A DNA stretch of 52,353 bases from Candidatus Planktophila sp. (lineage in GTDB: Bacteria > Actinomycetota > Actinomycetes > Nanopelagicales > Nanopelagicaceae), in NCBI GenBank assembly GCA_044345775.1, contig JBIJAL010000001.1, forward strand, positions 1-52,353, read 5' to 3'. A program made the position numbers and the translations under genes. Positions 32,346 through 42,184 of this stretch are shown here, one piece after another (positions within the stretch are counted from its first letter, which is position 1; every line of letters starts with the position of its first letter). The notes under the pieces are model-generated. The model was not told the DNA's origin, did no database searches, and saw only the letters and a program-made list of their open reading frames with translations.

Positions 32346-33008
32346 ATGAGAAGCGCCTTTCACGAAGAACTTGATTCCATACAAGCCACTCTTGTCACAA
32401 TGGGAGAGTTAGTCTCTCTTGCAATGGTCCGCTCCACCGAAGCGCTGCTTAAGGCAGATATCAAATTAGCCGAGAGCGTTATTGCAGATGATGAAAAGCT
32501 CGACACAATTCAACACGATCTTGAGGCGCGTGCAATTAATCTGATGGCGCGCCAACAACCGGTTGCGCAAGATCTTCGTATCTTGGTGACCTCACTGCGC
32601 ATGAGCGCAGACCTTGAGCGTATGGGCGATCTCTGCCATCACGTAGCAAAACTTGCTCGCATGCGCTATCCAAATGTGAGCGTTCCAGCAGAATTAATTT
32701 CTACAATTGAATCAATGGGTAAGACCGCGGTAAAGATCATTGATAAATCAACACATGTGGTTAAGACACAAGATCTTCAGGCAGCAATCGAACTTGAGAC
32801 CGATGATGACGAGATGGATAAATTACATCGTGCACTCTTTATCGCACTCCTTGATGATTCTTGGTCTCACGGAATTGAGACAGCAATTGATATGACTTTG
32901 CTCGGTCGTTACTACGAGCGTTGCGCCGATCATGCGGTCTCGATCGCGCGACGCGTCTACTTCCTAGTTAATGGTGAGTACGCATCTGAAGGTCAACCAG
33001 CTCTCTAG
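32346..33008 (+). CDS. phoU: phosphate signalling protein PhoU
   Basis: RQQPVAQDLR, DLERMGD and YERCADHA motifs. Confidence 0.95.
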   Translation: MRSAFHEELDSIQATLVTMGELVSLAMVRSTEALLKADIKLAESVIADDEKLDTIQHDLEARAINLMARQQPVAQDLRILVTSLRMSADLERMGDLCHHVAKLARMRYPNVSVPAELISTIESMGKTAVKIIDKSTHVVKTQDLQAAIELETDDDEMDKLHRALFIALLDDSWSHGIETAIDMTLLGRYYERCADHAVSIARRVYFLVNGEYASEGQPAL

Positions 33009-33009
33009 T

Positions 33010-33750
33010 TTACTTCTTTCCTTGGTTTGCAACGGCTGTGATCGCATCACGCGCTGCATCAGGATCTAAATATTCCCCGCCCTTAACTTTCGGTGTGAGG
33101 TCGGCGTTGAGTACATAGTGAAGTGGAATTCCTGTTGGAATATTGAGCCCAGCGATATCTTCATCGCTAATTCCATCAAGATGTTTTACAAGTGCTCGCA
33201 ATGAATTGCCGTGAGCTGTCACTAAAACTGTGTGGCCACTCTTTAAATCAGGGACAATCGAATCGTGCCAGTACGGCATCATTCGTATGACGACATCTTT
33301 CAAGCACTCTGTCCGTGGTAGGTCAGCTCCTAGATCGCTATATCGTGGATCAGAATCTTGCGAATACTCACTGCCATCAACGATCGGCGGAGGTGGCACA
33401 TCAAATGAGCGGCGCCAGAGTGCAAACTGTTCCTCGCCATATTGGGCCAATGTCTGCGCCTTATCTTTTCCTTGCAGAGCACCGTAATGACGTTCATTAA
33501 GACGCCATGATCTCGCCACAGGAATCCAATGACGGTCGCACGAATCAAGTGCCAACTGCGATGTCGTAATGGCGCGACGCAACAAAGATGTGTGTACGAC
33601 ATCAGGTAGAAGGTTGCGCTCTTTCAGGAGCACACCACCGCGTCGTGCTTCATCTTCACCTTTTGGTGAAAGGCGAACATCGACCCAACCGGTAAAGAGA
33701 TTCATGGCATTCCATTCGGATTCACCGTGGCGCAAAAGGATGAGATTCAT
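33010..33750 (-). CDS. gpmA: 2,3-bisphosphoglycerate-dependent phosphoglycerate mutase
   Basis: [16 protein letters not shown] and AHGNSLR motifs. Confidence 0.96.
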   Translation of the reverse strand: MNLILLRHGESEWNAMNLFTGWVDVRLSPKGEDEARRGGVLLKERNLLPDVVHTSLLRRAITTSQLALDSCDRHWIPVARSWRLNERHYGALQGKDKAQTLAQYGEEQFALWRRSFDVPPPPIVDGSEYSQDSDPRYSDLGADLPRTECLKDVVIRMMPYWHDSIVPDLKSGHTVLVTAHGNSLRALVKHLDGISDEDIAGLNIPTGIPLHYVLNADLTPKVKGGEYLDPDAARDAITAVANQGKK

Positions 33751-33783
33751 GTGGTGATCTTAATGCAGATGAATACTATTGAG

Positions 33784-34263
33784 TTAAATTAAATGTTGAA
33801 AAGCGTCGAGATTTGCCAGCGACTCACCACGACTTACTCGCCACGCCCACTCTCGGCGAATCGCATCTGCGAATCCGAGTTCAAGGAGTGGATTGAAGGC
33901 GTTATCGGCATATTGCAAGATAGAGCCCAGCAATCTATCGAGTTCAATCTCATTTACCGCACCTAATGGCAGGCGTCCAACAAGATAGATATCACCAAGT
34001 TCATTGGTGGCAAAAGCGATTCCATACATCGATGCATTTTTAAGCATGCACCATGCGTGTACATCACCAGCATTCTCATCAGGTTTTCTAATCACAAATG
34101 CGTTCACACTCAAGGTGTGGTCACCAACGATAAGTGCGCAATGAGTTGCAAGTTTTGTTGTGCCGGGAAGGGAGACAAGAAATGTTTTCTCTGTTGGGTG
34201 ATCGTATTCCAACCCTTGGCTATCCAGAAAAGATTGAATAAGTGAAACGATATTTGTAGACAT
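33784..34263 (-). CDS. YbjN-domain protein
   Basis: LPG..KL.T, PDEN, IRREWAWR..RGES motifs; conserved position between mshA and gpmA. Start may be GTG 34266. Confidence 0.82.
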   Translation of the reverse strand: MSTNIVSLIQSFLDSQGLEYDHPTEKTFLVSLPGTTKLATHCALIVGDHTLSVNAFVIRKPDENAGDVHAWCMLKNASMYGIAFATNELGDIYLVGRLPLGAVNEIELDRLLGSILQYADNAFNPLLELGFADAIRREWAWRVSRGESLANLDAFQHLI

Positions 34264-34265
34264 CA

Positions 34266-35519
34266 CTAACCAATAATTTTACGTTGTGAGGCTTTGGTGC
34301 CAATGATGCGATCATAGATATCTAGCGTGCCGCGCGCAGTTGCATCCCAACCAAAGTGCGATGCATGCTCAATCGCCCCCATTGATAGCAGTACCCGGCG
34401 CTGTGGCTCTTGAATGAGGCGGGCGAGAATTGATGACCACGCGCGTGGATCGTGTCCATCAACAAGTACTCCAGAGATACCATCTGCAATCGCGGTGCGA
34501 AGCCCTCCTACTGCAGTAGCAACAACTGGGGTTCCGCAGGCTTGTGCTTCGAGTGCGACAAGTCCAAAACTTTCAGAGTAACTTGGTACACAGACTAAAT
34601 CTGCCGCGCGATACCACTGTGGTAAATCAACACGCGGAACAGGATCTAAAAACCTGACAACATCGCCGATACCAAGCCAGCTCACCAAATCTTTTAACCG
34701 TTCAACTTCTCCAACGCCAGAACCAGATGCGCCACCCATAATTAAAGTAATCAATTTTGGGCGAAGGTGTGGTGAGTGCGAAAGCATTTCAGCAACCGCG
34801 CGAATAAGAACTTCAGGACCTTTATGTGGCTGGATTCGACCGACAAAGGCTAAAACGTGTGCATCAAGTGGCAGACCGACTGCTTCACGGGCAGCCTTGC
34901 GACCCTTACCTGCAGTAAATGTATAGAGATCAACGCCAGGGCTGACAACGCTAACTGAATCTGGACATGCTTGATAGAGCGAAACAAGGCTGGCTGCTTC
35001 GGCATCAGTATTTGCAATCAACGCATCTGCTGCAGCAACTACTTGTGTCTCGCCCTGCACACGAATCATTGGTTCGGGTCTCTCGCCTTCAGCTAAATTC
35101 ATATTCTTAACGCGCGCCATTGTGTGCATGGTGTGTGCAAGTGGAATACCAAATCTCTTTACAGAAGGCATCGCAACTTTTCCTGAAAGCCAATAATGTG
35201 AGTGCAATACATCAAACTTTTCGCTCTCAAGCACCGAAGAGAACGCATCAGAGAGTCCTGGGATTAGTGCTGGTAAGTCCTCTTTTGTCGCAGATGCTGA
35301 GCCAACATTTAAATGTCGCACACGAACACCTGGCGAAATTTCAACAATGTCAGGAAGTTCTGGGTTTTGCCTACGTGTAAAGATATCTACTGAGACACCC
35401 ACCGCCGCCATTCTTTCAGCGCTTTCAACGACATAGATATTCATGCCGCCAGCATCGCCAATACCCGGTTGATCCAGAGGCGAGGTATGCACCATCAATG
35501 TGGCGATGCGGGGATTCAT
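34266..35519 (-). CDS. mshA: D-inositol-3-phosphate glycosyltransferase MshA
   Basis: HTSPL.QPG.GDAGGMN.Y, HSHYWLSG, PSYSESFGLVALEAQACG motifs. Confidence 0.95.
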   Translation of the reverse strand: MNPRIATLMVHTSPLDQPGIGDAGGMNIYVVESAERMAAVGVSVDIFTRRQNPELPDIVEISPGVRVRHLNVGSASATKEDLPALIPGLSDAFSSVLESEKFDVLHSHYWLSGKVAMPSVKRFGIPLAHTMHTMARVKNMNLAEGERPEPMIRVQGETQVVAAADALIANTDAEAASLVSLYQACPDSVSVVSPGVDLYTFTAGKGRKAAREAVGLPLDAHVLAFVGRIQPHKGPEVLIRAVAEMLSHSPHLRPKLITLIMGGASGSGVGEVERLKDLVSWLGIGDVVRFLDPVPRVDLPQWYRAADLVCVPSYSESFGLVALEAQACGTPVVATAVGGLRTAIADGISGVLVDGHDPRAWSSILARLIQEPQRRVLLSMGAIEHASHFGWDATARGTLDIYDRIIGTKASQRKIIG

Positions 35520-35538
35520 TGGTAAAGGGTAGAACTAA

Positions 35539-36462
35539 TTAGAAGGTTGCGCGAATAGTGCCAATCACGCGCGCGCCACCCATCACCTTTTCAGGCTCAA
35601 ATGGGCTCGGAACACCGAAAGATTCAAGGCATGCATGTGTCAATGTACGAAAGGGCCTCAAGCTGCCATCGCTTACTTTAAATACAAAGGTGCGGCCATC
35701 AGCAAGGGATGCAATCTCAACCGCCTCTGCTCCATCTTTCATAAATAACCCTGGGACGTTCTGCATCATCTCTGTTGTCAGACGCGCATTGCCAGCAACC
35801 ATAAGTGGATGTGTACGACATGCATCGATCACACTGTGATGAATTGGGTCAGAAGAGATTGTGATCGCACGAATTGCACGAGCAAGACCTGCAACGGTGA
35901 GGAGAAATAATGGTGCGCCACAACCATCTGTACTTGTGAGCGTTATTGTTTCTCCAGCTAGCGCTTCAAGCTCTGCCTTACACGCAACCTGCAAAGGGTG
36001 CGCTGGATCTAAGTAATTCTCGATCGGCCAATTATTTTTTACACAGGTAAGAAGCATCGCAGAATGCTTTCCACTGCAATTCATGGTGATCCGTGTTGGC
36101 TCTTTATCTCCCCATGCTTTTCGTTCCGCTTCCCCTAGCGGGCGATCAAGTGAACATTGCAGCGCATCTTCAGTAAGGCCAGCAAGTGCCAATATTTCGC
36201 GCACACCAGCAAGGTGCATCGCAGCTCCTGAATGACTTGATGCAGCTAAAGCTAATAAGCGTGGCTCCAGATCAAGGCCATTGCGCACCATGGCAGATGC
36301 TTGAATAGATTTAATTGTTGATCGCGGGTAGATCAGCGCATCCACATCACCGAGTTGGCGATGAATACTTCCATCTGAATTCAACGCTAAGAGATAGCCA
36401 CGGTGTGATGATTCGACAACGCCATCACGAACGTACTCGGCAAGGATGGCATCAGTACTCAT
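35539..36462 (-). CDS. L-asparaginase II family protein
   Basis: PRST.K, SHSG, NCSGKH, DGCGAP and KDGAE motifs. Confidence 0.88.
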   Translation of the reverse strand: MSTDAILAEYVRDGVVESSHRGYLLALNSDGSIHRQLGDVDALIYPRSTIKSIQASAMVRNGLDLEPRLLALAASSHSGAAMHLAGVREILALAGLTEDALQCSLDRPLGEAERKAWGDKEPTRITMNCSGKHSAMLLTCVKNNWPIENYLDPAHPLQVACKAELEALAGETITLTSTDGCGAPLFLLTVAGLARAIRAITISSDPIHHSVIDACRTHPLMVAGNARLTTEMMQNVPGLFMKDGAEAVEIASLADGRTFVFKVSDGSLRPFRTLTHACLESFGVPSPFEPEKVMGGARVIGTIRATF

Positions 36463-36959
36463 TCGCTCTGCCGTTCTAAAGATGACCAGATATGTGCTTG
36501 CAGTTCTTGTCCTTCTGCCGCCATGTCATAGGCAAAAAATAATTCGCCAGCAACCAGACCATAGAGACGCACACCTGCTGTAACAATTTTTGCAGATGGC
36601 GCGGAATAACCTTGATCCATCACTAGTTGAATCTTCGGACCATCAAATTGTCCGACCCAACCCTCTGTAATTCCAGTTGAGTGAGAAATATTTACTTCCA
36701 ACACGTTATTTGGTTTTACGCGCCAGAAACCAGTTTCGGATGCGGCCGGGCGGACGATGTCACCGTTCTCGTCGATGATCCATGAGCGCGAGTAGTAGGT
36801 CATAAAGGGACGTCCGTCGTGGTTAAAGACAACTTCATGTGCGTATTCAAAGGTATCGATCGTTGGGTATTCACCGCGACCTTTACCGCGCCATGTACCG
36901 ATCATCCAGGCAAGCGGATTGAGATCAGGGTGCAGACCTTCGGGGATGGTAAAGACCAT
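36459..36959 (-). CDS. FABP/nitrobindin-like (DUF1794) protein
   Basis: LAW.IGTWRG.G.G.YPTI, ETGFWR and the C-terminal His motif. Confidence 0.88.
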   Translation of the reverse strand: MVFTIPEGLHPDLNPLAWMIGTWRGKGRGEYPTIDTFEYAHEVVFNHDGRPFMTYYSRSWIIDENGDIVRPAASETGFWRVKPNNVLEVNISHSTGITEGWVGQFDGPKIQLVMDQGYSAPSAKIVTAGVRLYGLVAGELFFAYDMAAEGQELQAHIWSSLERQSE

Positions 36960-37093
36960 TAAACTCTGCCTCTCTTATATGTACGAGGATTCTGCGCCTG
37001 CGATGGGCGATATGAACGAAAACCAAGAAATGCCAATCCAATCGAAACCAACGCTGCGACTACGCCTACGGCTGCAACAGTGATCGTCTCCAT
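36959..37093 (-). CDS. small single-TM hypothetical protein (44 aa)
   Basis: METITVAAVGVVAALVSIGLAFLGFRSYRPSQAQNPRTYKRGRV*; TACTCT -10 7 nt before ATG; TAATG overlap with the next gene. Confidence 0.7.
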   Translation of the reverse strand: METITVAAVGVVAALVSIGLAFLGFRSYRPSQAQNPRTYKRGRV

Positions 37094-37112
37094 AGGTAGA
37101 AGAGTAACGAAA

Positions 37113-38018
37113 TTAGAGAGGAACTATTACTTGCTGCGCCGCACTTACGCCAGCAACTATTAGCGTTGCTTCAACTGGGGTGGTTCGCTTGATAACGGCC
37201 AGTGCGATCGGCCCCAGTTCGTGATGGCGAGCGACGGTTCCGAGGAATCCAACAGTGACGCCATTGTTTTCAACTGGAGTACCGGGATTTGGCATCACAA
37301 CCGCGCTTCCATCAAGGTGCAGCATTACAAGGCGACGCGGTGGGTTGCCAAGATTAAATATCTTGGCCACAGTTTCTTGTCCGCGATAGCAACCCTTATT
37401 CATATGTACGGCCCCGCCTAATACTCCGAGTTCATTAGGGATCGATTTATGATCGGTATCAAAACCAATACGTGGACGTCCAGCAGCAACGCGAAGAGCG
37501 TCAAGTGCCCATGTTCCCACCTGCATTGCATGTGCATCAAAGGCGGTACGCATCTCAGCTAATTCATTGCGTGGGACAAGTGCATACGGCCCGCCAAGTG
37601 CGGTTGCAACACCTGGTGCGCGCAAGAGCGCAAACTCATCGCTGGCATCACGCACTTCGACTTGGCGGGTAAAGATCATCTTCGTTAAATACGCAAGTAA
37701 ACCTTCACAATAATCTGGCGCTACAACTAACCATGAAGTTGATCCATCATCGACAAGTAAGAATTGATATTCAACATGACCGCGTGGATCTAAAACCATC
37801 ACATCAACCCATTCGCCTGCAGGAAGCGCCGACAGATGTTGTGTTGTTACATCGTGCAACCAGGTCAGGCGATCAACGCCTGCGACAGCAATAACTTTCA
37901 AATGCGAGAGATCTGCCCATGCCGTTCCTGCTTCGAGTGCACGTTGTTCTTTATTTGGTTCGCCGAAGTGCCAGATGGCACCTTTATCAGGGCCCTCTTC
38001 CACAAATACAGCGGTCAT
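37113..38018 (-). CDS. ygfZ: folate-binding Fe-S cluster repair protein YgfZ
   Basis: Signature KGCYRGQE. Confidence 0.92.
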   Translation of the reverse strand: MTAVFVEEGPDKGAIWHFGEPNKEQRALEAGTAWADLSHLKVIAVAGVDRLTWLHDVTTQHLSALPAGEWVDVMVLDPRGHVEYQFLLVDDGSTSWLVVAPDYCEGLLAYLTKMIFTRQVEVRDASDEFALLRAPGVATALGGPYALVPRNELAEMRTAFDAHAMQVGTWALDALRVAAGRPRIGFDTDHKSIPNELGVLGGAVHMNKGCYRGQETVAKIFNLGNPPRRLVMLHLDGSAVVMPNPGTPVENNGVTVGFLGTVARHHELGPIALAVIKRTTPVEATLIVAGVSAAQQVIVPL

Positions 38019-38034
38019 GTGTTTAAGTGTAGAA

Positions 38035-38445
38035 CTACTTCTCTACACATGCGGCGCAGGTGCCATAGACCGCAAAGTGCGTGACATCTGTCTTAAATCC
38101 ATAATCATCAGCCAAGTTCTGTACAAAATTCGCAGCAGCATCGATTGGTGCATCGCCGACTGATCCGCATTTTCCGCAGACTAGGTGAAGGTGTGTCATC
38201 TCTTCAGCGGCGTGATAGGTGGCACCACCATGTCCAAGGTGTGTATGTTGAACTAGCCCTACATTCTCAAGTGTTTCAAGATTGCGATACACGGTAGATA
38301 AATTGATACCAGGATGCGTCTGACGCACACGCTCTGCCACCTCTTCAGGTGTTGCATGTCCAAGTGATCGCACAGCAGAGAGAACAAGCTCTCGCTGTGG
38401 TGTCAGGCGCAAACCCTTATCGCGTAATTCGTGCTGTTCTGCCAT
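38035..38445 (-). CDS. Fur family transcriptional regulator
   Basis: RLTPQR, STVYRNL, HLHLVCGKC and CAAC motifs. Confidence 0.92.
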   Translation of the reverse strand: MAEQHELRDKGLRLTPQRELVLSAVRSLGHATPEEVAERVRQTHPGINLSTVYRNLETLENVGLVQHTHLGHGGATYHAAEEMTHLHLVCGKCGSVGDAPIDAAANFVQNLADDYGFKTDVTHFAVYGTCAACVEK

Positions 38446-38468
38446 GAGTAAATCCTACTTATCTTTTG

Positions 38469-38906
38469 CTAATTTGAACGAATACGGGCCAAGACGAGAT
38501 ACACCTGGCACCCGAGGCAGAAATCAAAGGCTGCATTGAGAAAGGCGGCAGCTAAAGCAGCGGCAACCGCGACAGTGAACACCACGGAGGTTCCTGTCGC
38601 AGCGCCGGCTATTGCGACAATTGCAAAGGCAAGGCCAATTAATTGCGCAAACTTAGGTGGTCGCACATCTTCAGTGCGTAGCGGTGACTTCAAACGTGGC
38701 TTGATCAACGAGCGATAGATAAATGCATATGGTGTGAACTGTGGACCTTTTGTTGCACCGATTGCAAAGACGATCGCTTGAAATGCAATTACCCAGATAG
38801 AACCGGTGACAAGTGCTAACGCTAGAACTAACGTTGTGATTGCAGCAGAAAAACGTGGACCACGTGCATCAATTTCAATTGACTTTACTGAAGTTACTGA
38901 ACTCAT
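38469..38906 (-). CDS. DUF4395 family membrane protein
   Basis: IDARGPRF, PPKFAQ, AAFLNAAFDFCLGC motifs; AGAGGA SD before ATG 38906. Confidence 0.88.
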   Translation of the reverse strand: MSSVTSVKSIEIDARGPRFSAAITTLVLALALVTGSIWVIAFQAIVFAIGATKGPQFTPYAFIYRSLIKPRLKSPLRTEDVRPPKFAQLIGLAFAIVAIAGAATGTSVVFTVAVAAALAAAFLNAAFDFCLGCQVYLVLARIRSN

Positions 38907-38957
38907 TTTTTTCCTCTTTTTGTCGTCGGATGAATAATTGTTTTTACGTTGCAACAA

Positions 38958-39041
38958 TTACATTCGACACAAAGCGCCGGCTAAGCGTCCGTAGTCAATG
39001 ACTCGGCGCTTGGTAAATAAGCCAGTAGAGATGCGTTGCAT
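38958..39041 (-). CDS. leaderless leader peptide (Ms5788A-like, 27 aa)
   Basis: MQRISTGLFTKRRVIDYGRLAGALCRM*; TKRR-x-x-D-x-x-R motif; TACACT 6 nt before ATG; lies between thioredoxin and DUF4395 genes. Confidence 0.75.
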   Translation of the reverse strand: MQRISTGLFTKRRVIDYGRLAGALCRM

Positions 39042-39117
39042 GGCGTAAGTGTAAAGAAGGTTTGGTGATGTCGCTACTTGCGAAAGCCTTGCAGAAAGCG
39101 GGGGCAGTGAGCGTGAA

Positions 39118-39531
39118 TTACTGAACGGCAGCAACGGCTGTGAGCACTTGGCTGCGCTTAGGTGTGCCCATCGCACGTCCAACTTCGGTCCCATCGCGAT
39201 TGAGAAAGAGCGTTGTTGGCGTTGAGAGAATATTGAGCTGACGGACAAGTTCAAGATGTGATTCAGCATCGATATGAACGTAAGCAACATCGGGCATCGT
39301 CTGCACCATCTGCTCAAGCAGAACACGCGTTGCCCGACATGGTGAACAGAAAGCAGATGAGAACTGCACCATCGTGACTCGCTCACCGAGGGCGATACCA
39401 ATCTGATCCGAGGTCAGACGCGGTCCATCGACTGTCTTCTTACGGCGAAATTCACCGCGCGTACGGCGAAACCAGATACCAAATACGCTCGCTGCAGCCA
39501 ATACGGCAAGGAGTGGAAGTAGTGATTTCAC
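39118..39531 (-). CDS. membrane-anchored thioredoxin family protein
   Basis: N-terminal TM helix, FCSPC active site, STPT cis-Pro. Confidence 0.88.
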   Translation of the reverse strand: MKSLLPLLAVLAAASVFGIWFRRTRGEFRRKKTVDGPRLTSDQIGIALGERVTMVQFSSAFCSPCRATRVLLEQMVQTMPDVAYVHIDAESHLELVRQLNILSTPTTLFLNRDGTEVGRAMGTPKRSQVLTAVAAVQ

Positions 39532-39606
39532 AAGAGTATCCTCGCCTACTTAGGACAAGTTAGCCAATCAGAGGCTATAGCGCGTAAGAAGAATGAGCGG
39601 TGTGAG

Positions 39607-40320
39607 ATGGCAAAGGTATTGCTATTAACAAACTCCGCTGGCGCCAGCGCGCAGGTTCTTCCAGCACTTGGACTTTTGCAACACACAATCAAAATTCTTC
39701 CACTTGAAGCATCTGTATTAATTGATGCACCAGTGATGGATCTTGTCTTTATCGATGCACGTACCGATCTTCCTAACGTAAAGAGCTTTTCAAAGTTACT
39801 TACTACAACTGGAGTAAGTGCACCAGTGATTGCAATTACAACTGAAGGCGGCCTCAGCGCATTCACATCTGAGTGGGGACTCGATGATGTCATGCTCGAC
39901 ACCGCAGGTCCTGCAGAGATCGAAGCACGCATTCGCATTGCAATTGGTCGACGCGATGCCGCGCATCTTGCTAGCGATCCAACTGCTCATGAAATTCGTC
40001 AAGGCGATGTTGTTATCGATGAAAACACATACACGGCCAAGATCAAGGGTCGCTCACTCGATCTCACATTTAAAGAATTTGAATTACTCAAGCACTTCGC
40101 CCAACACCCAGGTCGCGTCTTTACTCGCGCACAGTTACTGCAAGAGATCTGGGGCTATGACTATTTCGGTGGTACGCGCACAGTCGATGTTCATATTCGT
40201 CGCCTACGTTCAAAACTTGGCCCAGAGTTTGAATCAATTATCGGAACTGTCCGCAACGTCGGTTATCGCTTCACGCTTCCATCGAATGGAAAAGATAGCC
40301 CCGTATCTGAGCGCATCTAA
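39607..40320 (+). CDS. glnR: orphan OmpR-family regulator GlnR
   Basis: [44 protein letters not shown] motifs; upstream of mshD. Confidence 0.85.
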   Translation: MAKVLLLTNSAGASAQVLPALGLLQHTIKILPLEASVLIDAPVMDLVFIDARTDLPNVKSFSKLLTTTGVSAPVIAITTEGGLSAFTSEWGLDDVMLDTAGPAEIEARIRIAIGRRDAAHLASDPTAHEIRQGDVVIDENTYTAKIKGRSLDLTFKEFELLKHFAQHPGRVFTRAQLLQEIWGYDYFGGTRTVDVHIRRLRSKLGPEFESIIGTVRNVGYRFTLPSNGKDSPVSERI

Positions 40321-40793
40321 TGCGCCATATTCTCAAACTCTCACGTTCACTCACTGATCCAATTGAACACATTCCCCACCCCTACACATTCATCACCTTT
40401 GATCCCGCCGCACATGCGCAATCGTGGCTTGCACTCAACAATAGAATCTTTATCGATCACCCCGATCAAGGTAATTGGGTTATGGCAGATCTTGAAAACC
40501 GTATGTCAGAGCCTTGGTTTGATCCATCTGGTTTCTTCCTCTGCTTGCACGATTCCACCATCGTTGGCTTCTGCTGGACAAAGATTCACCAAGATCTGGT
40601 CAACGCCGATCCCGTCGGTGAGTTATATGTCATCGGGGTTGACCCAGAAGAACACGGTAAAGGCATCGGTAAAACAGTCTGCAACGAAGGGCTGATCTAC
40701 CTACGCAATAAGGGCATCAAGCAATCAATCTTGTATGTCGATGCCGATAACGAAGCCGGCAAAGGCCTCTACACATCACTCGGCTTTAACTAG
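40320..40793 (+). CDS. mshD: mycothiol synthase-like GNAT acetyltransferase (single domain)
   Basis: HPDQGNW, EPWFDP.GF, GF.WTK.H, GELYVIGVDP, LYVDADN: the MshD C-terminal domain; TAATG-coupled to glnR. Confidence 0.78.
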   Translation: MRHILKLSRSLTDPIEHIPHPYTFITFDPAAHAQSWLALNNRIFIDHPDQGNWVMADLENRMSEPWFDPSGFFLCLHDSTIVGFCWTKIHQDLVNADPVGELYVIGVDPEEHGKGIGKTVCNEGLIYLRNKGIKQSILYVDADNEAGKGLYTSLGFN

Positions 40794-42151
40794 CCCGCAA
40801 CTAAGTCAGCGCAGATCTTGTCAAAGATCGCAGTATGCGCATCAACATCGGCAGCAGTTGTCGCAGGCGACATCAACGCCATATTGTGAAATGGCGTCAT
40901 CAAGATTCCATCATTAAGTAAACGTAAATGTATGTATTGCTCAAGTTCAAAGTCGCCACCATCTGCCGCCTCTTGCCCAGTACGCGGAGCATCGGGTGCG
41001 AATATGTATTCACCACGTGCACCCAATCGATTGCAATGCCACGGCAAGTCATACTTTTCAATCGCTGCATCAACGCCATCTGACCATCGATCGCCCAGCG
41101 CGATCATGTGCGCAAAAGCCTCTCGTGTAAGCACTTCACTTAAGGTCGCACGCATCGCAGCAAGTGATAAGGCATTTCCCGCCAAAGTTGAACCAATTCC
41201 ACCAGTATCAATAATCTCTAACTGCACCTTTGCCTTAATCGCATCAGCCACAGCATGCGTCATTCCAAATGTTCCCACCGGAACACCGCCAGCAATGGCC
41301 TTACCGATCGTGAAGAAATCAGGCTTCAGGCCAAGATCGGCCGTCATCCCACCAAAGCCGACTGAGATCGTATGTGTCTCATCAATAATTAATAGCGCGC
41401 CATATTTCTTCGCTAAATCCTGCACCCCAACCAGATAACCATCCTCGGGCAAGACAATGCCGATATTTGTCATCGCAGGTTCCAGCAAGATCGCAGCAAC
41501 ATCGCCGTGCGCTAACGCTGTTTCCATCGCCGACAGATCATTAAATTCAACAACGCGCGTTGTCTGCGCTAAATCAACAGGCGCACCGATATTTCCATCG
41601 CGCTTAATTGTCGCACCTTGCGCATCTAACGTTGCAAAGGTTTCATCCACACTTCCGTGATAGCACTTATCAATCACAATAATCTTTGATCGCCCCGTGA
41701 TCATGCGAGCGTAACGAATCACATGGCGATTAGCATCAGTTGCCGTCACAGTAAATTGCCACAATGGCAGACCAAAGCGCGCGGCAAGTTCGGCAGATAC
41801 GATCGAGGCATCTTCGGTCGGAAGCATCGCAGTAATTCCCTTAGCAGCCTGTGCTGTAATTGCAGCCACCGTGGCAGCAGGTGAGTGGCCAGTCATCGAG
41901 CCGGTATCGCCTAAACAAAAATCAATATATGTATTGCCATCAATATCTTCAAAGTGAGCACCTTTAGCGCTTTTAACAAAGACTGCGTGATCACCAGGCC
42001 ACTTAGCCATCCATGACATCGGCACACCTTCATGCATCACCTTTTTTGAGCGCTCAAACTCGAGAGCTGATTTCTTATGGGTATCAAGAAAACGTGCATC
42101 TTCGATGGCGCGCAACTTCTTTAAATGTTCGCGATTAATCTCAGTAGCCAC
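40790..42151 (-). CDS. class III PLP aminotransferase (GSA-aminomutase-like fold)
   Basis: DIDGN.YID, CYHG, IIDETH, GKAIAGG (PLP Lys), TLAGN motifs. Confidence 0.85.
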   Translation of the reverse strand: MATEINREHLKKLRAIEDARFLDTHKKSALEFERSKKVMHEGVPMSWMAKWPGDHAVFVKSAKGAHFEDIDGNTYIDFCLGDTGSMTGHSPAATVAAITAQAAKGITAMLPTEDASIVSAELAARFGLPLWQFTVTATDANRHVIRYARMITGRSKIIVIDKCYHGSVDETFATLDAQGATIKRDGNIGAPVDLAQTTRVVEFNDLSAMETALAHGDVAAILLEPAMTNIGIVLPEDGYLVGVQDLAKKYGALLIIDETHTISVGFGGMTADLGLKPDFFTIGKAIAGGVPVGTFGMTHAVADAIKAKVQLEIIDTGGIGSTLAGNALSLAAMRATLSEVLTREAFAHMIALGDRWSDGVDAAIEKYDLPWHCNRLGARGEYIFAPDAPRTGQEAADGGDFELEQYIHLRLLNDGILMTPFHNMALMSPATTAADVDAHTAIFDKICADLVAG

Positions 42152-42184
42152 AGCGTTATCCTATAAAGGCGGCGCAGAAATTAC

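Noticed and set aside
38958-39401. 147-aa ORF overlapping the thioredoxin gene
   Set aside because: Alternate frame; only its last 27 codons (the leader peptide) are credible.
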